A stretch of DNA of 32,000 nucleotides from Candidatus Electronema halotolerans (GTDB taxonomy: Bacteria; Desulfobacterota; Desulfobulbia; Desulfobulbales; Desulfobulbaceae), in contig OW818675.1 of assembly GCA_942493095.1 (NCBI GenBank), forward strand, positions 2,550,001-2,582,000, written 5' to 3'. Shown here in pieces: positions 1-9,200 of the stretch (its first letter is position 1; each line of letters starts with the position of its first letter). The notes under the pieces were generated by a model. That model saw nothing but the letters and a program-made list of their open reading frames with translations, was not told the origin of the DNA and ran no database searches. A program made the translations under genes and the position numbers.

Positions 1-1
1 G

Positions 2-2314
2 GTTGCCATATCTCAGGAATTGCTGGAGGGGATTTCCTTCATCCAAACTGATGAGCATTTTTTAGCTTCCATTGATCTGATCAACAACTATCAGGATAAA
101 GACAACTACAACGCTGTCCTGCTCGATGAAGAGAAAAAAATTATCAACAGGCAGCTGCTCACCCGGGTTAAACTCTCTTTAAATCACCGCATAGTGCTGT
201 ATGACAGAGATGAGGAGCTGGTCGCCTTTGTTGAACAGGAGCAAGATGGATATCGTCTTTATTTTGTTTCATACTCAGGTGGGCGGAAAACCTTGTGCAG
301 CCGCCGTGAAGATCAGAAATTGTATGTCTGTGATCCTTTTCCTGCAACTCTGCCTGTTGATCTTCATCATCACTCCTATTACTCACATGCTTCGGCCAGG
401 CAGGGCACGCTCACCTATCATATAGACAACGGGCATATCAGAATAAGTTCCCACTTGAGCATCTTTGATGATGCGGATGAGAATATATTGGCGCATATTG
501 AGATGTCACATATTTTTCATGACGAATATTTCACAAACTTGTCTAAGGATATGGGACTTGTGATCAAAGGAAGCACGGACCGGAAAGACCATGTCAATGT
601 GAATTTTCTATCGGCGACAACCAGTTTGGAGAATTTTTCCATTGCTGACGGGGAGGCATCCTGTTTCAGCACTGCAAAAATTGACACCTTGGACGGCGCT
701 TTTTTCTACCATGTCGCGCTCAATAAAGAAAAGCTGCTCGTCTCATTAAAGAAGAACAGAGAACAGCTTTATATTATTGTCAGCATTGTTACTGCTCTGG
801 TTCTGGTGCTGCTTCACTTTGTCTTTGCTAAAACCCTTGTCAAGCCGCTGGAACTGCTCATGGAGCAAATCCGCAAAATCGAAGCTCAGGATTACACACC
901 ATCGACCTTGGCGCAAACTGGTGATGAACTGGAAACTATATCAAAAAACATCAACCAGTTGGCCAGCACCATCCAAGACCGCGAAGATGCCCTGCTGGCC
1001 TCGCAGAAAAACTTGGAGTATCTTTCGCATCATGATCCATTGACCGGTCTGCCCAACCGCCGTCTGTTCATGTCGCATTTGCAGCAGGCCCAAGGGCAGG
1101 AAGCCAGACTTGCGGTGCTCTTTCTGGACCTTGATGAATTCAAACAGATCAACGACACCTTGGGTCATGATGTCGGCGACCAGCTTCTTGTGGAAGTATC
1201 TTTGCGGCTGGCTGCGGTGATGCGTTCTTCAGGCATCTTGGCCCGCATCGGCGGGGATGAGTTCAATATTCTGCTGGAGCATGTTGCATCTGCTCATGAG
1301 GTCGAGGCGGCAGCTGAAGCGCTGCTGGCGGTGTTCAGGAAACCTTTTGCCTGCGCCGGACATGAGCTGAACACCAGTGTCAGCATTGGGGCGGCGTTCC
1401 ATCCTGATGACGGTGAAGATGCAGTCACCTTGATCAGACATGCCGACATGGCCATGTATCAGGCCAAGGCTACAGGCGGCAATGGCTGCTGCTTTTTCTC
1501 TGCTGACTTGGCAGCCCGGGTGCAGCAGCGCATCGACCGGATCAACGCCCTGAAAAGGGCACTGCTCCATCTTGATGAATTTCACCTGCTGCATCAGCCG
1601 AAAGTGTCCCTGCTGACCGGCAGGGTGGAAGGAATGGAGGCATTGATACGCTGGCAGAGTGCCAGCTTGGGCTTTATGCGGCCTGATCAGTTCATTCCGC
1701 TGGCGGAAGAGACCGGTTTGATCATTCCCTTGGGTGCATGGGTGGCGGAACAGGCCTTCAGAGATTTTCTGACCTTGCAAAAAGCAGGCTGTCCAATTCG
1801 CAAGGTCAGCATCAACCTTTCAGCTGTTCAACTCCTGAACAGCGATATCGTTGCCATGATTACAAAAGCTGTCAGCAGAACCGGCATCCTGCCGGAGCAG
1901 ATTGAACTGGAGATAACCGAAAGCTGCATTGCCATCAATGAGAAGAAAATTATTCAGACACTCAGGCAGCTCCGCAGCATGAAGATTGAGCTGGCCATAG
2001 ATGACTTCGGCACGGGCTATTCCTCAATGAGTTATCTCCAGAAGCTCCCAGTCACAAGGTTGAAAATTGATAAATCATTTGTCGATCATATTCAGACTTC
2101 CAAAGAGAACCAAGCCATTATTCAGGCAATCATCACCTTGGCCAAAACCTTGAGACTGGCTGTCACCGCAGAAGGGGTTGAAAATGAAGAACAGCTGGAG
2201 TTTTTGAAGCAGGCAGGATGTGATGAAGTGCAGGGGTATTTTTATGCTAAACCGCTTTCCTTGGAAGCATTTAAGAACTTTTCCCGAAACATGGCCGAAT
2301 CGTCTGTGCAGTGA
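2..2314 (+). CDS. Membrane-bound GGDEF-EAL protein (diguanylate cyclase / c-di-GMP phosphodiesterase), 5' truncated by the window edge
   Basis: The frame is open to the window edge upstream of the TTG at 20. N-terminal sensor region, TM segment (LYIIVSIVTALVLVLLHFVFA), HAMP-like linker, HHDPLTGLPNRR, RIGGDEF, EALIRWQ and IDDFGTGYSS. Confidence 0.93.
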   Translation, partial: VAISQELLEGISFIQTDEHFLASIDLINNYQDKDNYNAVLLDEEKKIINRQLLTRVKLSLNHRIVLYDRDEELVAFVEQEQDGYRLYFVSYSGGRKTLCSRREDQKLYVCDPFPATLPVDLHHHSYYSHASARQGTLTYHIDNGHIRISSHLSIFDDADENILAHIEMSHIFHDEYFTNLSKDMGLVIKGSTDRKDHVNVNFLSATTSLENFSIADGEASCFSTAKIDTLDGAFFYHVALNKEKLLVSLKKNREQLYIIVSIVTALVLVLLHFVFAKTLVKPLELLMEQIRKIEAQDYTPSTLAQTGDELETISKNINQLASTIQDREDALLASQKNLEYLSHHDPLTGLPNRRLFMSHLQQAQGQEARLAVLFLDLDEFKQINDTLGHDVGDQLLVEVSLRLAAVMRSSGILARIGGDEFNILLEHVASAHEVEAAAEALLAVFRKPFACAGHELNTSVSIGAAFHPDDGEDAVTLIRHADMAMYQAKATGGNGCCFFSADLAARVQQRIDRINALKRALLHLDEFHLLHQPKVSLLTGRVEGMEALIRWQSASLGFMRPDQFIPLAEETGLIIPLGAWVAEQAFRDFLTLQKAGCPIRKVSINLSAVQLLNSDIVAMITKAVSRTGILPEQIELEITESCIAINEKKIIQTLRQLRSMKIELAIDDFGTGYSSMSYLQKLPVTRLKIDKSFVDHIQTSKENQAIIQAIITLAKTLRLAVTAEGVENEEQLEFLKQAGCDEVQGYFYAKPLSLEAFKNFSRNMAESSVQ

Positions 2315-2317
2315 AAT

Positions 2318-2345
2318 GACCGCTGCCAGACAAAGGACAGCGGTC
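2318..2345. terminator. Possible hairpin terminator after the GGDEF/EAL gene
   Basis: gaccgctg (2318-2325) pairs with cagcggtc (2338-2345), immediately 3' of the stop codon; only a weak downstream T tract. Confidence 0.35.
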
Positions 2346-2357
2346 TGCTCCGATCTT

Positions 2358-2483
2358 TTACAAGGCTTGGCTGCCTGTGGCCGACACTGCTGCCTTGATG
2401 TATGGGTCGTCGCAAGACGGAGCGGCGCAGAAAAAAAATACCGCTGCGGCCAAAAAAAGTGCATAAACAATACGTTTTTTCAT
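2358..2483 (-). CDS. 41-aa secreted or lipoprotein-like small peptide, MKKRIVYALFLAAAVFFFCAAPSCDDPYIKAAVSATGSQAL
   Basis: ATG at 2483 preceded by GAAGGAGGCTCGCA (strong Shine-Dalgarno), typical signal-peptide charge/hydrophobicity, stop TAA at 2358-2360. Below the size cut-off of the ORF track. Confidence 0.6.
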   Translation of the reverse strand: MKKRIVYALFLAAAVFFFCAAPSCDDPYIKAAVSATGSQAL

Positions 2484-2696
2484 TGCGAGCCTCCTTCTAT
2501 CTGAACAGAACGAAAAAATAACAAAAAACAACGATTATAGCATATAATACCATTTATTTTTCAACTATGTCAAGAAACAAATCCTCTGCCAGCAGGTGTG
2601 CAATCTTTTGATCATTTTGATTTTGCTCAACAAACGATTCATGCCCATGCAGAACAGCTTCCTGCTCCTTCCTGACTCCCTCCTTGGCTTAGAACA

Positions 2697-5600
2697 ATGA
2701 AAAAGCTTCTTGCCGCCTTTGCCGCCAACACGGTATTTGCCAATATTGTCCTGCTGCTGATTCTGGTCGGCGGCGGCCTGTCCCTCAGCTCCATGCTCCG
2801 GGAAACCTTTCCAGAGTTCTCGGTTGACAAGATTTCCATCCGCGTCGCCTATCCCGGCGCAGACCCGGAAGAGGTGGAGGAAGGCATTGTTCTCAAAATT
2901 GAGGAGGCCTTGGAGGGTCTTGAGGGGGTTAAGGAATACACAACCACTGCTGCCGAGAACATGGGCAGCGCAATGGTGGATGTGCTGGAGGGCAGCGATG
3001 TCAGCGAGGTGCTGGACGATGTCAAATCCAAGATTGATGCCATTTCCACCTTTCCGGTTGATGCGGAAAAGCCGGTGGTCACAGAAGTGACCATGCGCCG
3101 CTCGGTGAGCATGCTCTCTCTGTCCGGCCCGATGGCGGAAAAGCAGCTCAAGGTTTTGGCCGAGCAGCTCAAGGAGGAAATCCGAGCCTTGGACGGCATC
3201 TCGCAGGTGGAGCTGTTCGGCACACGGGACTATGAAATTTCCATTGAAGTCTCGGAGGAGCAGCTCCGCCGCTACGGCATCAGCTTGGCGCAGGTTGCCG
3301 AGGCAGTGCGCAGCTCAAGCCTCAACCTGCACGGCGGCACCATCCGCACCCAAGGCGAGGAAATCCGGGTGCGGACTGTGGGCCGCAAATATACGGGCAA
3401 GGAGCTGGCCGAGATTGTCGTCTTGGCAAATCAGGCGGGCGAGCTTATCAAGCTGGGCGGCATTGCCACTATCCGGGACGGATTCACAGAGGATATGATC
3501 AGCTCCGAAGTTGACGGCGAAGCAGCAGCCTTTATCATGGTCTTTAAGACCACTGAGGAGGACTCAATAAAGATTGCCGACACCGTTAAAAAATACATGG
3601 AAGAGAAGCAGTCCCAGCTGCCGCCGGGTGTGCATTTGCAGGAATTTTACGATGGCACCAAAGAGCTGCGCTCGCGCATCAGCCTGCTGACGAAAAATGG
3701 TTTTATGGGACTGGTCTTGGTATTTTTTCTGCTCTGGCTCTTCCTTGACCTGCGGCTCTCCTTCTGGGCCGGCATGGGCATTCCCATTTCCCTGTCCGGG
3801 GCCATGTTCATTCTCTGGTGGATGGGCGAGACTCTGAACATGATTTCGCTTTTCGGCTTCATCATGGTGCTGGGCATTGTCGTGGATGATGCGATTGTGG
3901 TGGGAGAGTCCATTTATTTTCACCGCACCTCAGGCAAGCCGCCTCTGAAAGCGGCAGTGGATGGGGTTGCCGAAGTGGCCATGCCGGTTGTCGCGGCTGT
4001 CACCACCACGATTGTCGCCTTTGTGCCGCTCTCGTTCATTGGCGGCATCATGGGCAAGTTCATTGCGATCATGCCGGTGGTGGTCAACTCCAGTCTTTTG
4101 GTCTCGCTCTGGGAATCCCTTTTCCTGCTGCCCGCCCATCTCAGCCATCTGCCTGATCTGAGTCAGCGCAAACCAAGCCGCTCGCCCTTGAGCTGGCTCC
4201 AGCGCGGCACCCAAGCCAGTTTGGAATGGTTCATCAGCAAACTTTATATGCCTTTTTTAGCTGCGGCCCTGAACTGGCGCTACATTTTCCTTGCCTGTTC
4301 CATCAGCGCCCTGATTTTGGCCGTGGGGCTGATCCAAGCCGGAGTAGTCAAGTTTCAAGTTTTTCCCAAGTTAGACAGCTTTCTCATCACCTCGACTGTG
4401 GAATTCCCCGACGGCACTCCGGCCGCCGTGACCCAGCAGGCGGTTGACCGCTTGGAGCAGGCCTTTCTCAAAGTGGCGGAACGAAACAAGAATGCGGATG
4501 GCAGGTCAATTATTGAGAAACGGCTCAAATTGGTGGGCCAGAGTCTGGGCGGCGAGCAGGGCGGCAACGGGCCGCATCTCGGCTCGGTGCAGTTCATTCT
4601 TCTGCCTGCTGAGGAACGCAGCATCCACTCCAATGACCTGCTGGTTGCTTGGGAGCAGGAAGTTGGCTCGATTGCCGGAGCCAGATCGCTGACCTTCAGC
4701 GGCGAGCGGCACGGCCCGGGCGGCTCGGAAATAGAAGTCTGGCTTCAGGGCAGCAAAATGGATGATCTGCTGGCTGCCGCCGGGCAGCTCAAGGAAAAGC
4801 TCCGCACCTTCAGCGGCGTGCTGCAAATTCGTTCTGATTTCTCGCCCGGCAAGAATGAGTTCCGACTCTCCCTAAAGCCAGAGGCCAGAGCCTTGGGCCT
4901 GACAGTCGAGGATTTGGCCCGGCAGGTCAATGCCGGTTTTTATGGCCGGGAAGCCCTGCGGATTCAACGAGGCCAGGATGACATCCGGGTCAAGGTGCGC
5001 TACACGCAGACGGAGCGGAGCAGCGTGACCGATTTTCAGGAGATGCGCATCCGCACGGCTGCCGGGCAGGAAATTCCTCTGCTTTCAGTTGCGGATATTG
5101 ACTTCGGCCCCGGCTTCTCGACCATCACCCGCACCAACGGCCTGCGCCGGGTGGCGGTGACAGCGGAAGTGGATGCCAAGCGGGCCAATGCCCAAGAGGT
5201 CTTTGCCGCCCTGTCTGCTGAGAACGGCTTTTTTCAGCAGCTTGAGGCCCAGCATCCGGGCCTGCACATCTCCATGCAGGGCGAAAAAAAGAACATGCGG
5301 GAATCGTTCTCCTCAATTGAAATCAGCTTCCCCCTGACCGTGCTGGGCATCTTTGTGATTATCGCCACCATCTTCCGCTCATACATCCAGCCGCTTGTCA
5401 TCTTGGTCAGCATTCCCTTCGGCATCATCGGGGCAATCCTCAGCCATCTGCTCATGGGCTATGATTTGTCGATGATGTCCATGTTCGGCATTGTCGCCTT
5501 GACCGGCGTGGTGGTCAATGACGCGATAGTCCTGATTGAGCGGATCAACGAGAATCTGGCTGAAGGCATGTCCTTTCACAATGCCATCATCAAGGGAGGA

Positions 5601-5891
5601 GCGCGCCGCTTCCGGGCCATCCTCCTGACCTCAGTGTCAACCGTGGGCGGCCTGGCCCCGCTGATCATGGAAAAGGACATGCAGGCTCAGTTTCTTATTC
5701 CTATGGCCCTCTCGCTCGCAGGCGGAGTTATCGGCTCCACTATCCTGACCTTGGTCCTGATTCCCAGCCTGTTGGTGATTGTCAACGATGGCCGCAGGCT
5801 GACCGGTTGGCTGCGCACCGGCATCTGGCTGGAGCGCGAGGCCTTGGAGCCTGCCGCCGCCCGGCAGGTGGAGAGCAGAATGTTTGACTGA
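2697..5891 (+). CDS. RND superfamily efflux transporter (AcrB/HAE1-like inner-membrane pump)
   Basis: 1064 aa; N-terminal TM followed by a large periplasmic domain, GIVVDDAIVVGESI, repeated TM blocks, second half with FGIVALTGVVVNDAIVLIERIN. Confidence 0.95.
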   Translation: MKKLLAAFAANTVFANIVLLLILVGGGLSLSSMLRETFPEFSVDKISIRVAYPGADPEEVEEGIVLKIEEALEGLEGVKEYTTTAAENMGSAMVDVLEGSDVSEVLDDVKSKIDAISTFPVDAEKPVVTEVTMRRSVSMLSLSGPMAEKQLKVLAEQLKEEIRALDGISQVELFGTRDYEISIEVSEEQLRRYGISLAQVAEAVRSSSLNLHGGTIRTQGEEIRVRTVGRKYTGKELAEIVVLANQAGELIKLGGIATIRDGFTEDMISSEVDGEAAAFIMVFKTTEEDSIKIADTVKKYMEEKQSQLPPGVHLQEFYDGTKELRSRISLLTKNGFMGLVLVFFLLWLFLDLRLSFWAGMGIPISLSGAMFILWWMGETLNMISLFGFIMVLGIVVDDAIVVGESIYFHRTSGKPPLKAAVDGVAEVAMPVVAAVTTTIVAFVPLSFIGGIMGKFIAIMPVVVNSSLLVSLWESLFLLPAHLSHLPDLSQRKPSRSPLSWLQRGTQASLEWFISKLYMPFLAAALNWRYIFLACSISALILAVGLIQAGVVKFQVFPKLDSFLITSTVEFPDGTPAAVTQQAVDRLEQAFLKVAERNKNADGRSIIEKRLKLVGQSLGGEQGGNGPHLGSVQFILLPAEERSIHSNDLLVAWEQEVGSIAGARSLTFSGERHGPGGSEIEVWLQGSKMDDLLAAAGQLKEKLRTFSGVLQIRSDFSPGKNEFRLSLKPEARALGLTVEDLARQVNAGFYGREALRIQRGQDDIRVKVRYTQTERSSVTDFQEMRIRTAAGQEIPLLSVADIDFGPGFSTITRTNGLRRVAVTAEVDAKRANAQEVFAALSAENGFFQQLEAQHPGLHISMQGEKKNMRESFSSIEISFPLTVLGIFVIIATIFRSYIQPLVILVSIPFGIIGAILSHLLMGYDLSMMSMFGIVALTGVVVNDAIVLIERINENLAEGMSFHNAIIKGGARRFRAILLTSVSTVGGLAPLIMEKDMQAQFLIPMALSLAGGVIGSTILTLVLIPSLLVIVNDGRRLTGWLRTGIWLEREALEPAAARQVESRMFD

Positions 5892-5945
5892 GATGCTTGG
5901 CTGAATCTGCGATGCTTCATCGCAAGATGGGCGGACTGTGGTGGG

Positions 5946-6147
5946 CGTGGATTGGTGAATTCAAGTTCCAAGTGTAACTTTTTTTGGTTGCAAGAAAAGG
6001 CAGTTACGGGAGTGTCACAACTTTGCTTTTGTCGTTAACTAAGAGAAAATAATTGAAAATTTACATGAAGTATTCAAAGTGCCAGCCAACCTATGCTTTT
6101 TGGATAACCAAAAAAAGTTGCACTTGCGAGTTGAATCCACAACTCAC
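5946..6147. repeat. Imperfect inverted-repeat element (possible MITE-like element or regulatory fold) between the RND and CHAT genes
   Basis: Core arms aagtgtaactttttttggtt (5970-5989) and aaccaaaaaaagttgcactt (6106-6125) are reverse complements at 19/20 positions; weaker similarity extends outward to about 5946 and 6147. Confidence 0.45.
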
Positions 6148-6271
6148 TTTACGGAGTAGTTGTCTCAGTAATGCTAACCAATTGGTATCACATAATTTTT
6201 GATACAGCAACACTCAACAGGGGCATCACCCGATTTTGTCAACCACGGAAAAACTCGGAGAGCCGAAAACC

Positions 6272-9200
6272 ATGTCGATCCATCTGCAAATCAAGCATGT
6301 TGACTCTCAGGACGGCCAGCCGCAATTCGTTGTTGTGCGCGGCAGCGACCTGAAATCTTCGGATTCGGTGACGCTGACCGGGCCGGATCAGACCATTGTT
6401 CCCGGTCGTCCGCACAGCAATTTGCAGCAGGACTTGCGCTGGTATCTGGAGCAATTTCTTGAACTGCCCACAGGCGCGTATCCTGAGCTGGCCGAGCGGG
6501 TGCAGGATACGTTGCAACAATGGGGCCAGGACTGTTTCGAGTCTCTGTTCCAGAAGCAGGCCTATCTCTGGTTTGAGGAGGCCCGCAAAGCGGGTTTGGA
6601 AAACCTGCATCTGAAGATTTCTTCCGATGATCCGCGTGTGCTGGCTTGGCCTTGGGAGGCCCTGCATGACCCGGAAACCGGCACCTTGGCTCATCATTGC
6701 CGGATTGAGCGGCAGATCAGCAAGAATGTGCCAGACCCGCTGCCCTTGCCGGAACATCTGCCCAAAGATCGCATCAACATTCTGCTGGTGATTGCCCGGC
6801 CCCACGGCGACCAAGACGTGGGTTTTCATGCCCTGTCCCGTCCGCTGGTGGAGCTGGCCCGTGCCCAGCAGATGCCGGTGCATATTGACGTGCTCCGCCC
6901 GCCCACCTTTGACCGGCTCCGGCAGCAGCTTCACGACAAGCCCGGTTTTTATCACATTGTCCATTTTGACGGCCACGGCGGTTACGGTGCAACAGAGGAG
7001 CGCATTTCCTCGGACGTTTTCAAAAGTTCGGTTCAAGGCAGGCTGCTTTTTGAAAATGACGAGGCTGAAGCGGCTCCGGTGGAAGCGGCGAAACTCAGCG
7101 AGCTGCTGGCTGAATACCGCATTCCGATCATGGTGCTCAATGCCTGCCAGTCGGCCCGGATTGACGATCAGGCCGAAGATGCCTTTGCCTCAGTAGCGGC
7201 GGCCCTGCTCAAGGCCGGTATCCGCAGCGTGGTAGCAATGGGCCACAGCCTCTATGTCAGCGGGGCGCAGCAGTTCGTGCCCGCCTTTTATCGCCGCCTG
7301 CTGGAGAGCGCCAATCCAGCCGAGGCAGTCCGGGCCGGGCGGCAGGAGATGCTGGCTCATGATCAGCGGCCCTGTCTGTTGGGCGAATATCCCTTGCAGG
7401 ACTGGCTGGTGCCGGTGCTCTATCAGCAGATGCAGACGGATGAAACTGTGCTGGCCCGACCGGTTGCAGCGACTCCGGCGGGCAAATTCACTCTGGCGGA
7501 AGAGGCCGCACCAGACCCTCTCCCGGAGCAAGCCCGGCAGTTGGGCGATGACGGTTTTATCGGGCGGCAGCAGGCTGTGCAGCAGTTGGAACGCGCCCGG
7601 CTGCAACAAGAGCAGGCAGCTTTCCTGATCCACGGCATGGCCGGTGCAGGCAAGACCACGCTGGCAAAAGGTTTTCTCCACTGGCTGCGGGATACGGGCG
7701 GCTTGGAGCAGCAGGTTTTCTGGTTCAGTTTTGACGAAATTCGCTCTGCCGAGTTTGTCATCAACGAGTTGGTGGACAGCATTTTCGGCACAGATGCTCG
7801 TGCGGCTGCGCTGGAACAGAAGCTGGCCGGGTTGATCAAGGTTTTTCGCGAGCATCCGTTTCTGCTGATCTGGGACAACTTCGAGTCCGCTTCCGGGCTT
7901 GCAGGCACGGAAGTCCGGCCCATGCTTTCCGAGGAAGATCGGGGCCTGCTCAAGGAGCTGCTGGCCAAGCTGCGGGGCGGCAAGACCAAGGTGCTGATCA
8001 CCAGCCGCTCAACGGAGAAATGGCTAAGTACCGGGGAATGCTTCCGCCTGCCGCTGTCCGGCCTGCACGGGGAAGAGCTGTGGCAGTTCTGCAATCAGGT
8101 GCTGCGTAATCTGGGCCTGAAGGTCAAGCGGGATGACGAGGATTTCCGCGCTTTGATTGAGGAATTAGACGGCAATCCCTTGGCCCTGCGCACGGTGCTG
8201 CTGCAATTGCAGGAGAAGAAGCCTGCGCACTTGCTGGCTGCGCTGCGCAAGAAATTTGCTCTGCTGGAGGGGGACGAATCGAGCAAGCGGATTTTGGCGG
8301 CCTTGGCTGTGCTGGATCAAGGTTTGCCGGAGGAATATGGCCCGGTGTTGCAGTTGATCGGGTTGCATCGGCGGTTTGTGGATATGGATTATCTTGCCAA
8401 GTACATGCTGCACACCGAGGAAATCACCGAGCCGATTCAGAACTGCTTTGCCCTGCTGGAAACTGCGGGCCTGCTCTCTGCGCTGGGCAGCAACATTTTC
8501 CAGATGCACCCGGCCTTGCAGAGCTATCTTGCCCAGCAGCATCCGGCTGAAGAAGCCTTGCAGCGGGCCTTTGTTGATTTCATGGGCCGCTTTGCCGACC
8601 AGCTTGCCCCAAAAGAACTGCATGAACAGCGCGTTCCTTTTGCCCTGCATCAGGGTAATTTTCATCATGCTTTGGACTTGGCGCAGCAGCTTGACGATAT
8701 GGACTGGGCTGTTGCAGCCCTGACCCAGAGTTTGGCTGCTTATTTCCAAAACAGCCGCGACTATGCCGGAGCAGCACAGCTCTTTGCCGATCTTGCCGAG
8801 CATCGGCACCAAAAGAACGATCATGAGGGCGAGGCAGGAGCTTATCACCAATTGGGGAAAATCGCCCAAGAACAGCGGGATTTTGCCGCTGCGGAACAAT
8901 GGTATAAGAAATCGCTGGCGATTAAGGAAAAACAAGGCAACGAGCACGGCGCGGCGACCACCTATCATAATTTAGGAGCAATCGCCCAGGAGCAGCGGGA
9001 TTTTGCCGCTGCTGAACAATGGTATAAGAAATCGCTGGCGATTAAGGAAAAACAAGGCAACGAGCACGGCGCGGCGACCACCTATCACCAATTGGGGATA
9101 ATCGCCGAGGAGCAGCGGGATTTTGCCGCTGCTGAACAATGGTATAAGAAATCGCTGGCGATTAAGGAAAAACAAGGCAACGAGCACGGCGCGGCGACCA

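Noticed and set aside
5908-5924. TGCGATG-CTT-CATCGCA hairpin after the RND gene
   Set aside because: Stem is short and lacks a T tract, so not called as a terminator.
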